Positions 16,216 through 32,497 of a stretch of 64,000 nt of DNA are shown one piece after another. The stretch is from the NCBI RefSeq assembly GCF_009914755.1, contig NC_060925.1. The stretch is one strand, 5' to 3'. Each line of letters begins with the position of its first letter. Positions within the stretch are counted from its first letter, which is position 1. Position numbers and translations under genes: made by a program. The notes under the pieces were generated by a model. The model made no database searches. It saw only the letters and a list, made by a program, of their open reading frames with translations, and had not been told where the DNA came from. Source of the DNA: the human T2T-CHM13v2.0 reference genome, Homo sapiens.

Positions 16216-16945
16216 ATGGATCCTTCCTCCTACCTCCCTCCTGATCTTTAGAGCTGGTGGAGCACTGTCTCCCAACTAACCAAGGGAGCAGGCTGGGGCA
16301 CCCAGCAATGACACATGCAGGCCAGTTCCAGCTTGCACAACTGTCTTTAGCTGCAAGTCTTGCCACTGAGAGAAAGCTTGTGTTTGGCAACTCTCCTCCT
16401 ACTCCAGCCCTGCAATGGGAGAGAGCCTCATTTCAGAGCCTACTGCTAGGGCACTCTCCACACTGCTTAAATCTGGCTGTGGGCTCATCCTTCATTTCAG
16501 AGCAAGTGCTCCAATCTCTGGCCTGAGATTAAAATGCCTGTTATGGCAGCCACTGCCAGGCCATCAAATAATGTGTCTAAACTTTCAAAATGGTGTCAGC
16601 TATGGGCTTGTGACCAGAAAGGCTGGGGCCCTCTGAACCAGCATGGGCAAGAAGCTGTGAGGAGTGTGTTCCACTCATGTCTTGGTCTCACCACGGTCCA
16701 TAGCACGGCAGTGGGCATTATTCTAGGTATGTCCACTAGAGCCTGGCTTCTCCTTCTCTCCTTGGCTAGGTGGCAGTTGCAGCTGCATTAGGCCAAACTC
16801 AGGTGGAAGATGGGGCACAGCTCAGCATTAAACTCTGTGGCTTTTACCTCACCTACTCTTCCCATCCTCTTCAAGTATTTGGTCTTTCAATTATACTCTG
16901 TCTTTTCTTTTTTAACCATTTGTCCTACTGATGTTGTTTTCAATA

Positions 16946-17241
16946 AAGTAGGCTGAAAAAAGGGAAAAGGGCAATGGAAGACAATGCAGTATTATAATAA
17001 TTACTTTATTTTCAAATGAGAAAGTCATGGACATGTATGCCTATGTATGTGTGTATATACACAAACATAACCAGCATGTATGAATGTATCCATTATATTT
17101 ATATATATAATTGTGTATGATATATACATATATAGGTATAAATATATATGTATACATCCACATACTTATCCATGACTTCCCCATTTGAAAATAAATACTG
17201 CATTTTCTTCCAGTTGTCTTTTCCCTTTGTTCAGGCTACTT
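16946..17241. repeat. Diverged inverted repeat (fold-back), arms ~16946-17039 and 17161-17241
   Basis: Arm 1 'aagtaggctgaaaaaagggaaaag..ggaagacaatgcagtatt[insert]tattttcaaatgagaaagtcatggacatgtatg' matches the reverse complement of arm 2. Confidence 0.85.
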
Positions 17242-18029
17242 CTAGGAAAAAATAACACACAGGCAAATACACACACACTCACACAGAAACACAGTAAATG
17301 TTAAAATAATGAAAATGAAAAATTTGAGATCACTACATATATTCTAACATATTTATGTGTGTGTATATATATACACAATCATCTTTAATTTTTTATTTTC
17401 ACTATTTTTACATGTTACAGTTTCAATTTCTTTGCTTCCTCTCTGTTATCCAATCCAACTTCTTCATATTCCTCTGCATACTGCTTCTTAAAATAATTGT
17501 TTTGTTGTCTGTAGTCTCTTTTTCTGCAACTCCAATGCACATTTCTTAGACCACTTAATTTTGTCTCACAGGTCTCTAAGACTGTATTCCTTTATTTGTT
17601 ATTACTGTAGGTCTATTTTTTCTTGTTCTTCATATTGAGTGACTTCTATAGATACAGTTTTATCAACAACTCTTTCATATGTTTTTTATTTCTAAAATGT
17701 TTTTTAGCCAATCTAGTAAATTTTGTATTTTCAGCACTAGAAGTTTTGGCATCATAAATTTCAGGTCAGTTATTATGTATTATCTATGCTATTTTTTTAT
17801 CTGTCCCTATACTACATAGTTCAGAGGTCGGTCTGAGGACCAAGAAGAGTTTGTATTTAGAATGTTGGAGAAAGTCAGGGAGAGGGAGAGAAAGAAGATA
17901 AACCAGGAAGCTCTCCAGGTGTATTTTCCTACATGCAATTTTCTATTGCAGCTTCTGCCTGCTTTTCTACATTCTCTAGTGCTTTTAGATATTTGAATGT
18001 TATAATGTTTTAGAGTATTATATTAAAAT

Positions 18030-18850
18030 TGTACTAAATTTTATAACAATTGCATTAAATTGTATTCAATGTTAATACACATTAAAAAGTACAACAGAAT
18101 ATACAGCTTGATGAATTCTTCAAATTAAAAACAACATCGAATTAAGAAACAAAATATAAACTTCCCAAAATTCCCATGTGTCTTCTTACAGACTCACCAC
18201 AATCTCTGTTAATTAGTCTTCTAAAACTTTTTAAAAATCCAATATATTTTACTCTTTTTATACTTTATATAAATAAAATTGTATAGTATATCGTTTCATT
18301 TCTGACCACTTTGGCATATGTTTATGTTTGTGAGATTCATCTATAATGTTGCATATGATTGTAGATTATTCATTCTTGCCATAATATTTCATTTCCTTAT
18401 ATGAATATCCCAAAATGTGGATTTTTCTGGTATTTTTTAAATTTTAGGATACTATGAAATATTCTGCTTAAAATATTCCTATACAAATTATTTAGTAAAT
18501 GTACATCAGAATTTGGGGATAATGTATATCTGGATGTGGAATTGCTGATCCAAGGTTATGTATACAACTTTATGTGATAATATAAAGCAGTTTTTAAAAG
18601 TAGTTTTACCAATTAGTATGCCCATTAGCAATATGTTAGTTGTTCTACATTTACCACAACTTGGTGCTAATAGTCTTTTAAAACCCAGCTGGAAGTAGGT
18701 TATTATTGGCTTTTGGTGTAATTTGCATTTCTCTGATGACTAATAAAATTGAATACTTTTTAATATGTATATTGGTCATATGGATATTTTTTCTTGTCAA
18801 ACTCCATTCAAGCTTTTTGATAATTATTTTGTGAAGATACTATCTGGTTG
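18030..18850 (-). mobile_element. Old L1ME/MC 3' region
   Basis: 'tttgtgagattcatctataatgttgcat...ggaattgctg...atttgcatttctctgatgactaat'. Confidence 0.7.
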
Positions 18851-18860
18851 GCTTCTATGA

Positions 18861-19495
18861 TGTAGGAGGAAGAACTTTGAAGATGTCCTCTAATGATTCT
18901 TGTTTACTGATTGTTCAATCAAACAAATATTGGTGCTTAAGTGAAGGGACTGTGAGGTTGTAATTGATACTAGTGGTGGCCTTTAAATTACTGAGACTAC
19001 CCTGGATTATCCAGGTGGGCCCAATTAAATATTTAAGAGCAGAAGAGGAAAGCAGATGGGTCAGAAATATGTTATGGAAGAAAAAAGACAGAAGAGAGTT
19101 GGCACAAAGGAAGTTCAGAGAGATTACAAACATAGAATTTGATGCACCATTACTGACTCTGATGTGTCAGGGCCCACATGCAAGGATGAGAGAGAGGCCT
19201 CCTAGCAAATAAGGGCACGCCTAAGCTTACAGAGTGACATGAATTTAAGACCTCAGTCCTACAACTGAAAGGAACTTGATTCTGCCACAACTTGAATGAA
19301 CTTGATTCTTGCCAGACTCTACTAATACCAGTACAGCATTTGACACTGATTTCAGTTCTGGGAAACACTTGACAAAGAAACCAGATGAACCAACCTGGAC
19401 TTCTTACCTTCGGAACTGTGATATAATACATTTGTGTTGCTTTAAAGCACTAGGTATATGGTAATTTACTATGGTAACAAGAGAAAACTAATACA
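18861..19495 (+). mobile_element. MLT1E-like MaLR solo LTR
   Basis: TG...CA ends; 'ccctggattatccaggtgggcccaat', 'gacctcagtcctacaactg', end 'agaaaactaataca'. Confidence 0.85.
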
Positions 19496-19699
19496 CATGG
19501 TTTCTGTTTGGAAATTAGCTGTCAATTTTATTGATGCTCAATTGAGGGTACTTTATCATTTTATCTAACTGGGTCTAAGATTTTCTTTTCATTTTTTTCA
19601 ACCACTTTACTGTAGTGGACCTGGATGTGGTTTTTTTTATTTATCTGGTTTACTATTTGCAATATTTTGTTGAAAAACAAACATTGTTTATCATAGGAT

Positions 19700-20975
19700 G
19701 CTGTTAGGAAAATAAAAAAAATATATATATATATGGCATAGATTGGGAGAAGTAGTTGAAAAATATATTTCTGTCAAAAAATTATATCTAGAGTATGTAA
19801 ATAATTCTCACATTTGAATGAATTGCTCACAAAAGAAAATATACTAATTGCTAACAACACATTGACAGTTAACCAACTTTATTGATCATGAAATCAAAAC
19901 CATAATGAGATATTACTTCACACCCACTTGAATGGCTAAAATAAAAAAGATTTAAACATGATAAGTGTTAGCAAGGCTGTGCAGCAACTACAACTCTTAC
20001 ACATTGCTTCTGGTAATGTACAATAGTATAGCCACTTTGCAAAGACTTTGGCTAGTTCTCATAAAATTAAACATGGAATTGCCATATGAACCAGCAATCT
20101 CTCTCATGTATTTCCCCAAGAGAAGTGAAAATCATATGTCCATAAAAAGTGGCATATAAATATTTATAACAACTTTTTAGATAATAGTCCTAAAAAAAAG
20201 CAACCCAAAGGCCCATTAACTGCTGAACAGATAACAAATCACCATCTATTCTTATAAAGGAATATTATTTAAAAATAAATATATACAAATGACTGAAGCA
20301 TGCAACAATATGCATAAATCTGAAAGCATAATACTAGGTTTATTAGTCTGTTCTCATGCTACTATGAAGAAACACCTGAGACTAGGTAATTTATAAAGAA
20401 AAGAAGTTTAATTGACTTACAGTTCCACAGGGCTGGGGAAGCCTCTGGAAACTTACAATTATGGTGGAAGGCACCTCTTCACAGGGCAGCAGGAGAGACA
20501 GTAAGTGCAAGCTGGGGAAACACCTGATGCTCACAAAACCATCAGCTATCATGAAACTCACTCACTATCACAGGAACAGCATGGGAGAAACCAACTCCAT
20601 GATCCAGTCACTTCTCACTGGCTCCCTCCCTTGACACGTTGGAATTACGGGAACTACAATTTGTGTGAGGGCACAGCCAAACCATATCACTATGTGACAG
20701 AAGTCAAGCAAAGATAATTAAAATGTGTGAGTACATTTAGATGATATTTTGGAAAAGGCAGGAGTATAGTGACAGAAACCATATATATGATTGAGTTGGA
20801 GGAGGAGAACAGCTCTGAGGAGAGCAGCCCAAAGGAGTTAAAAGGTATTTTGGGGTTGTATCTGTCCTATATTTTGATTATGGTGCTGGTTATATTCTTG
20901 TACTTAATACATTTTATACTTACAAAGGGTGATTTTTATCATATATAAAGTATACCTCAGTAAAATTATTTTCAA
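19700..20975 (+). mobile_element. Old L1M ORF2 3' part and 3'UTR, interrupted by THE1
   Basis: 'aaatcaaaaccataatgagata...gaatggctaaaat...ccatatgaaccagcaat'; continues after 20689. Confidence 0.7.
20339..20689 (-). mobile_element. THE1C/D MaLR solo LTR
   Basis: 'tattagtctgttctcatgct...gaaggcacctcttcacagggc...cacagccaaaccatatca'; TSD ctagg/ctatg. Confidence 0.9.
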
Positions 20976-21347
20976 TTATGCAACAATCTATAATGCTTAA
21001 AAGAATGAGATGTTGATTAACAAGTGAAATAGATGAGTCAAAAAATATATAAAATACAAGTCAGCAAAAGTTTCTAGTATATATTAAGTCTTTGGTATAA
21101 GGGCAATGTAAGCATTCACAGAACAAGGATTCAATGACTTGAGTTAGGCAAACTGATTGCTAGTAACCAGAAAAATATTCAATTCATATAATCACCAAAC
21201 ATAATACCTAAAAGCAAATTAAATGTGGATTAAGTAAATGTAAATGGAATCAAAATTTGAAAATTAAAAAAAGTAGTAAACATATATTTAATTTTTTGAT
21301 TTGATTTATTTGAAATGAAAATATTTTATGCAAAGAATATTAGAACA

Positions 21348-21657
21348 GGCTGGGCATGATGGCTCACGCCTATAATCCCAGTACTTTGGGGGGCCAAGTT
21401 GGGAGGATTAGTTGAGTCCAGGAGTTTGAGACCAGGCTGGGCAACACCGTGAAAATGTATCTCTACAAAAATACAAAAAACATTAGCTGGTGTGGTGGCA
21501 CGCACCTGTAGTCCCAACTACATGGGAGGCTGAAGTGGAAGGATCACTTGAGTCTGAGAGGCAGAGGCTGCAGTGAGCTGGGATCATGCCACTGCACTCC
21601 AGCCTGGGTGATAGAGGAAAGAATGAGACTATGTCTCAAATATATATATATATATAT
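21348..21657 (+). mobile_element. AluJ with tail converted to (TA)n
   Basis: J-type 'ggaggattagttgagtccaggagtttgagacc', 'ggatcacttgag'. Confidence 0.9.
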
Positions 21658-22229
21658 GAACAAATATATATATGAACAAATGTTACAATATGTAATTAAT
21701 GCTGTACATATTTACTGAGTTAAGACAGAATACCTGGGAATATATTTTCACAAAACTTAACAGGATTCTTAATCACAATAGTTAAAGGCTATTGCAAACT
21801 GAATAGCAGCATGAAACTATTGCTAAGAAATCTAAGTAGAGAAAATTAATTAAAAATTTACAAAGAACAAATGTTTAAACCATGGAAATAATTAAGAATT
21901 GCAAATAAATATAGTCAGGGAATCCAACTTTACTTCAATAAAATTATTAATATGATCAAATATTGAATGAAAAAGTTGTGTCATCAATATTATGTCTGCT
22001 ATGTAAAACAATAATTATTCATAAATTTAACATTCAATTTGATTTGTTACCTTTTTATTATATTTTAAAAACATCTGTGTTGAAGTTTACTGCAATATTA
22101 ATGTACTGTTTTTTAATCAGTAAATCTATATACGTAGCTAAATGTTATAACTTTTTCATTTTATTCCTGGGTTAAACGAAATTAAAAAAATCTATTTAAA
22201 AAGTTACAGGCTTGTCTATAACTTTCAGT

Positions 22230-22890
22230 GAGTAAATAAATTAATATATTATTTAGTGAGAATGAGATCAGCTGAGCAGACTTTCTGTTCTTGGCTGAGC
22301 TCACTCATTTATTTGTGATCATCTGTAAGTGAATTAGGCGGGCAAATGTGATGATTTTGGCTGGGCTGTCTCATATGTTGAGGATGCTGTTGTTTTTGGG
22401 CTGATTTAGAATGACTTCAGCTTGGACAGCTGGGTTTGCCTCCATCTGTTTTCTCATTCTCCAACTGGCTAGTGCAGGCTTGTTTTTTGGTGATAGCAAG
22501 ATTTTGAAAGAGAAAACAAGAGCATGAAAAGACTCTTAAGGCATAGTCTATAACATTATGACTTCTACCACATAGATAGAAAAGAGAGTCCACATAAAAT
22601 TCTTTAATCTGAGGATTACATTAAGATCCTATAGGCATAATTGAATTACGAGTAGAATCTGAGATTAATCAACTTACCATTAATCTATATTTGTATTCTG
22701 TTTCAATAGCAATATTCTATTTATATTGTACTGGCCAGAGTAAATCACATGGATCTCATAGTTTCAAGGGAGGGGTAATACATGTCACAACTTGATATAA
22801 AGAGCTAAGCTACAAACTTAGCTCACAAAGTGCAGCAGGTGTGGATATAGGTAGAAAATTAGAAACAGATTTTAAAATCTAGCTAACAAA
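22230..22890 (-). mobile_element. MLT1H-like MaLR LTR, interrupted ~22573-22720
   Basis: 'cagctgagcagac...ggctgagctcactcat...ttttggctgggctgtctcat', later 'ggccagagtaaatcacatgg...caagggagggg'. Confidence 0.6.
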
Positions 22891-22989
22891 AATTTTAGTG
22901 TCTCCAGGAAAGTTGCTATTAGGTCTTTGGGAGGGTAATATATGCACTAAGCCCAATATGTGTACTAGGCAAACATAATAACTATTGAA

Positions 22990-23225
22990 GTGGAATAAGG
23001 TAGTGAGTTCTAGTGTTAAACTGTTTAGATCCCAGTCCTGGTTCTACCAGTTACTAAGTAAGTACTTTTGACAAAGTTATGTATTCTATCTATCCTGCAT
23101 TGGTCAATCTTTTAAACGGGGCTAATTTTAAAACATACCACAGAACTTCACCTTGTTCAAACAAGCAAAGCACGTAGGACACTACTGGGAACATAATAGC
23201 CTTCTAGTATATTTTAGCTATTATT
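22990..23225 (+). mobile_element. MIR SINE
   Basis: 'agtcctggttctaccagttactaag...ttgacaaagttat...aaagcacgtaggacactactgggaacata'. Confidence 0.7.
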
Positions 23226-23359
23226 GATCAATAAACAGGATCACAAATATTAGGTCAATGGTAATTTGATTAAATTCGGATAATGCCTGGAATTTATCGT
23301 GCCAATAAGGCTCTTAATGTAACACCTCAAATTAAAGAATGGTATCTGGACCTTATTTT

Positions 23360-24410
23360 CTCCCTTTATTAATATACTCTTTCTTGAGGATCTCAACCAG
23401 CGCTGTGGCTTTATACTGAATGATGCCAGTGATTCCAATATTGTGCATCCAACCTCAACAATGGCAGTGTATATAACAAGTGTATTAATGTTAATGGCTG
23501 CAAGATTAATTCTCCAACCACCTCCACCTTTCAGCCCATCATGTTTCCTTTTTAATCTCTTTCAAAAGCATTGAATTATTCAAGTTAAAACCCTAGCAAT
23601 TATATTTGTTTCTTTTTTTTACTCTCACTTTTTAAGTCCAATCCTAGGTAAGTCTTATTTACTTGAACACCAGAGTGTAGTCCTTGATTTTCCTTCCTCT
23701 CTCTATCCCCACTGAAATAATTTTATAATAAACCAATATTTTATCTAAAGTCTTTACTTCTGTAATAGTTTCTCTTGTGTGTATGCATTCATCTTGCACT
23801 TCTATACTTTCTTTTCCTGCAGCTAAAATAATCTTTTATAATATGAACCAGATCATCTTACTTCCCTACACATAATCTTCCAGTAACTTCTCACAGAGCT
23901 TGGAATTAAATTCAAATACTTACCATGGCCTCTGAATATGTGTCCCAAAAAGAAAATACTTTAGTACACAAAAATCTCCAGCCTCACCTGTTGCCTTCTT
24001 TCCCTGGCCCACTGAGCTTCACCTAGCCTCCTCCTCTATGAACTCCCACTCTTCCAAGCTACCCCTAATTAAGTGTTTTCAAATATTATTCCCTTTATCT
24101 GGAATAATTTTTGCCCAGATTATTTAATGGATAGTTTCTTCCTGTTATTCTGTTCTCTCCTCAATGTTATTTTTTCAGAAGATTTTTTTACCTAACTGTC
24201 CATCTAAAGCAACCTTACCTCATCCCAAACTACTTTCTATCATATCACCGTTTTATGTGTGGCTTTTATTTCCATCTGAATTTACTTTATGTACATAATT
24301 GCTTGTTTTCTGCCTACTCCCCACATTTTGGAGGTATTTTGTTTAACAACTGTACTTCCAGAACTTTGGTAGTGTCTAGAACATAGATGTTTTACAAATG
24401 ATGCCTGAGC
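23360..24410 (+). mobile_element. LINE-2 (L2a-like) 3' portion
   Basis: Pyrimidine-rich L2 motifs 'ccagatcatcttacttccct...aattcaaatacttaccatggcct', end 'agtgtctagaacatag'. Confidence 0.75.
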
Positions 24411-25434
24411 CAGATCTATCAGAAAACAATGTCAAATCTTTCGGACACTGAAGCTAAAATGTCTCCAAAGTGTAAAAATCACAGTTCAAAAAAATCTATA
24501 ATTATTTGCATTTGGAAAATAATATCCTAATAAACTGATATAAACTGATTTCATTAGTTGTTTAAACATATCTCATAATTGTAACATATACAAAATGATA
24601 TCTAAAGTCCATTAACATAGCATAAAAAAACAAGTACTGTTTTGACAGTGTGAAAAATAAATACAAAATGATTAAGTATAATATATTTACACGTTTGATT
24701 GATGCTGTATTTCCTAAAACGTCTAATCTTTAAAGGCCATAGAGAAATGACAAAAAATGCCCTAAGAACAAATTTATATTAAGTGATTTCAATAGATGTG
24801 TTTGCAGCTGTAATAACTGATCACAGAAGACAATTTGATTTCAACATTTTTTTCAGATAAATCAGCCATAAATCTGCATTAAAATGAGCATATTTATTTC
24901 AAAATGACCTGGTAAATATTTTCTTCAGGTGTTTCAACAAACATTATGAATTAATCTTTTCAAACTAATTAATATTGAGAGAAATTTTAAAATGTTGACT
25001 GGTAGAAAATGAAAATTTGATCTTTCAAAGGGGCTATTTTACTTCTTCCATGAGAAAATTATGTTTTAAAAATAAGCTTTCAAACTTTTATTCATTTAAC
25101 ATTATACTTAAACTTAATAAGTTTAAGATAAAAAGCATGTATTTAAGTATTAATAATTGGAATATGTGACTAAAATTGATTAATATTTTCAATCTATGTC
25201 ACCCAAATGAATTTTGTTTAAAGTTTCTTGACATTCTTATTTCTATTTATACAAATATATTTCCTTATACAGTTAAAATAAGAGCGAGCCTATAAATAAA
25301 TGAACACATGATTAATTGCTTTTTAATAAAAGTGCTAAAACAATTTAATGGGGAAATATTTTTTTTTACAAGAAATGGAGCTGAAACAACTGGATATTCA
25401 CCTGTCGAATAAATGAATTTGAACCTTGCCTCAC

Positions 25435-25437
<3 letters not shown>

Positions 25438-25492
<55 letters not shown>
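25438..25492 (+). repeat. (CA)n microsatellite within an L1M ORF2 fragment
   Basis: Perfect run of about 27 AC units. Confidence 0.97.
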
Positions 25493-25495
<3 letters not shown>

Positions 25496-27697
25496 TTCTG
25501 TTAAAATGAGACAGACCTAAAAGCAAGCTGAAACTATAAACATATTTTAGGGAAATGGCATAAGATACATATTCACCATCTTGTGGTAAGGAAAAGACTT
25601 TTAGTATATAAAAATCAGTAGTCATAAAAGTAAAAGTGAAATAAAAGTTAATAATAATTCTTGGCAGCTTGTATAAATTATAAAGGATTTATTTAAAGGC
25701 ATTGACTTGATATCTCAGACCTCATTTTGTGTAAGTAAAAACTTCTCAGTCAATGGCTTTTCTAATTTGGTATTTAACTTTTGCTCTGCGGTATTAAAGA
25801 AAAACTGTGATTAAGGTATCTTTGTAGAATAATTTTTGTAAAACTATATCTTTTGTGCTGTATAAAAATTATGTAATACTTTTGGTTATATAAATCCTAG
25901 AAACTGTGGGTAGATTATATAAATTTGAGATATATAATTGGTATCAGGAATTTTGGGAACTCATGTGCATTTGGAAATTTAACTGTATAAATTGATAGTT
26001 TCATAAACCTAAGAAAAAAGAATCCTCTGCAAAATGATTATTGAATATATGTCAGATCATGTCACTCTTTGCACAAAACCTACCAATGGCTTTCTCTTTT
26101 ACTCAGGGTAAAAGTCGAAGTCCTTACAATGATCTATATACAGCCTGTCTGATTGCTCCCTGCCTCACTCACCACTCTCATCTTGCTCCCTCTTCTCTCT
26201 CTTTCTCACTACTTCTCATGTTTATTAAACTTGCTGAGCTCGGACAAGTGAGCTTATACTCAGGTTTATATTCAAGTGTCACTTTTTAAAAGAAGATTTC
26301 CTTGCCTATCCTAAAATTGAAGCAAATACAGTGAAATATTTCAGCAACTACCTGTGATTTTTTTAGGATACACATGTGAACATATCCTTCAAATAACTTT
26401 CATAAGTCTGCAATTTTTCAAGATTATTTGCCAGACTTTAGGAATGTGTTGATTTTATTTAAAAATCCCAATAATTTTTAATGTTCTACCTTGTTTGCCA
26501 TAAAATAAATGCCTTTAAATTCAAATTATATAACCATAATTCACTTTCCACGTAATGCTTTGCCAATGCAGTTTTCAGGATAAAATTTATTTATCTGTGG
26601 AATTGTTTTCAGTCAACATTCATTCATATGCCCATTTCTCCTTAAAATGGCACACTAGTGAAATATAGAGTTGTCCTGATATACCCAACTGTGTCTCCTG
26701 TCCTATGACATTGTGCACAATTCCATATTAATTCATTATTCATTACTTTAGAGAATCAGATAAATCTATGCTGCAGGTGACTGTCTCAATCTTATTTCTT
26801 AATTTTATGTTAAAGTAGTACAATTTTTTAATATTTCTCAGTAACTGACACATATTGAAGACATTTTATAAGATAATTTGTTATAATTATTTGACATCTT
26901 TGAAATTACAATAAAGACAGATTTTCTTGGAAAAAAATCATCTCATTCCACTTGGAATTAAAAAGGTGACATACTGATTTCATCTGCAAAGGCTTCATTG
27001 CTATTAGTGAAGCAAGTGATGTTTAAAGTAAAAGTCACAGAGAATGCCACTGGAGTGCTAACAGGTTAGTATTAAAAATAAATCACCTTACACCTGAAAG
27101 CAATGAGCTGTTAAAATGATAAAGAATATTAAGCAACATAGTCTAATTATAACTTTCAGATGGCAAAATCTTAATTAAAGTTTTAGAATACATAAATGAA
27201 TAAGTTAAATGACAATGAACAATATTGTACACATTAAGGGACAGTGCCAAAATTAATAATGAAAATCACATTATCTCTATATATTCAGTACTTGTTACTT
27301 TGTTCCATACATATACCATACATTTTGATGAAATTAATTAATCAATTAAGCATCTGTGCTTCATAATCCCTAGAGCAATCATCCTCATCAGAAAAATCAC
27401 TATTTTTTTCTTCTTTTAAAGCCATATCTTTATTTTCTGACTTTTTATAAATATAAGTAAAATAGACATGGCCATTCTTTTTTATAGTAGTATTTGTTCC
27501 TGGTTTCTCTTTTAACATCAAATCAAAACAAAATAAGCTGTATGAAGGAAGGTTTACTAAGATTTAGTTATTTTAAGTTACATAATTCTATATTAGTATT
27601 TCTATTTATACCTGCAGATTTACCTTCTAGCACTTGAAGCTTCATCTAGAGTAGAAAATGAAGAATGACAATGTGCCAAAAACTTTTAGACATTCTT

Positions 27698-28043
<346 letters not shown>

Positions 28044-29637
28044 TAGACATTCTTATAACATGCTGTCCAAATTTAACTAAATTACTAAGCAATCACTTGA
28101 CAAAGGAAAACTGACTGCAAATTTAGACAATATTTCCCCCCATATAAACAGTTTTTCAACCACTACCACTACCAAAAGCATAGACTCAGAAAAAAAATAG
28201 ATGAGACTAATGTCAAAATAAGGGGCATTCAATAAGTGGTAAAGCGAATACCATCGATACCTGCCTCATTGCTTGCACACTCTGCAAATGCCTGCTGACA
28301 CAATCCCATTCTCTCTATTCTTCATTCATACAGCATGCCAGGAGTAATCAGGGATGTGTCACCAAAGATCATAAATTTGAGATAGCTCTTTCTAAAGTAA
28401 TATTATGTAATCTTTAAAAGAATCTATTTCAATAATTAATATTAAATACATTAAATACAGAAGAAAGCAGTAATTTAAAAAATTGATTCAATAGAATTTT
28501 ATTGACAAAGCATAGAGAGGTAAAAAAAAGATGTGCAAAAAGATAAAATATACAAAGAAGAAAGCCAGCAAAACTCAGCTATTTATAAGAATGATTAAAT
28601 GAAAAAAACATGAAAGCCTACAAGAAGTAATTACTTAAAGAATTGCAGAAGAAAATTTTTCTAACCTAAAAACTGTCCAAAATTACCACATATTGTCAAC
28701 CAACATTTATAAACACAGCTATATTACAGTTTATTTTTTCAGATTGAAAGTGAAACTTCTATAACCAGACAATAGAAGCCAAAAATAACATGCAATTTTC
28801 CCTCCCTGCACACACCAAAACTTTAGGTTGGCATCCAATTTCTCCTACATAAGCAAAAGTAACAGAATAAATAACCTATGACTATTACTTTTCTTGTCCC
28901 CAAACACCAAAGAGGGGTCATATGTAAAAATTCTGGGAAAGTTTACTAGTCTCAACCCTCTGGTGATTTCTAATGAACTTCCCTTTACTTACAAATGCTA
29001 ACATTACAACACCATCATCACTTTGTTATCACTGTTACTATTGCAAAGTAAATATATCCTTCAGGAGAGCAGAAAATCAGTATAACAGATGACGATTAGG
29101 GCCTATCCCAGAACTATATATCTGCAGTAATTGCAAAAAATATATATATGTATAATATATAGTAGTATATATATAATAACTGGATAAATAACTGTATATA
29201 TATACAGTTATGCTAATATAAATTTGTGAAAGAAACAGATACAATGGTCTAGAAAGTATTATATTTCTGGAAAATAAAAATGTCAAATATTCTAGCATTC
29301 TGATAAATAAATCACATAAAGAACTCAGGTATGAGGAATGCTAAGTATAAAAGAAACGGTGGTGAATATCAAAACCAGTAAAATGTAGAGTTAATATTTA
29401 AACCCTTCATTGTAGTGTGATAATTAATGCATATGTTAAGTTACGTAGTTTATTTAAAGTAACATACATAACTTTTAAAAGCAAATTAATTATGGAAATA
29501 TGCATCTAAAATTACACAGTTTTCCAAAAATATGTATGGTGTTAAAGACAAAAAGTAACATATGCTTTTATATTGTTATTTTATTCTAGACAATGAAGAA
29601 AACATTTGGTTTCAAAGACACACTTAATTCTAGAATG

Positions 29638-29934
29638 GGCCAGGCGCGGTGGCTCACGCCTGTAATCCCAGCACTTTGGGAGGCCGAGGCGGGCGGATCA
29701 CGAGGTCAGGAGATCGAGACCATCCTGCCTAACACGGTGAAACCCCGTCTCTACTAAAAATACAAAAAATTAGCCGGGCGAGGTGGCGGGTGCCTGTAGT
29801 CCCAGCTACTCGGGAGGCTGAGGCAGGAGAATGGCGTGAACCCCAGGGGGCGGAGCCTGCAGTGAGCCGAGATTGCGCCACTGCACTCCAGCCTGGGTGA
29901 CAGCGAGACTCCGTCTCAAAAAAAAAAAAAAAAA
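29638..29934 (+). mobile_element. AluY, Ye5-type
   Basis: CpG-rich; diagnostic 'gggcgaggtgg', 'gaaccccagggggcggagcctgcag', 'gacagcgagactcc'; TSD aattctagaatg/aatactagaatg. Confidence 0.9.
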
Positions 29935-30283
29935 AATACTAGAATGAAGAAATTATAAAATATCCAAACCACATTTAAAAGAACAAGTAGAAAAATGAAA
30001 ATCTAAACAATATAGCAAAATATATAACAAATCTAGTAAGAAAGTAGCAAAAATAGTATGAAACGAGATGAGCAAATTAAAATCAAAGTATGTCCTCCAG
30101 CTCTAAAACTCACTACCATGGTTAAATAGAGCAATTTTCATAAAGACATAAATATTTTAATATTAAAATTTTAACACAATTTGATATTAAGTCAAAGGAA
30201 AAATTCATACACTCTACTGGATACCAAAATATGCATTTCTAACAATTTCTCAATTAGCAAAAAAAGATAATTTTTAAATATCA

Positions 30284-32497
<2,214 letters not shown>

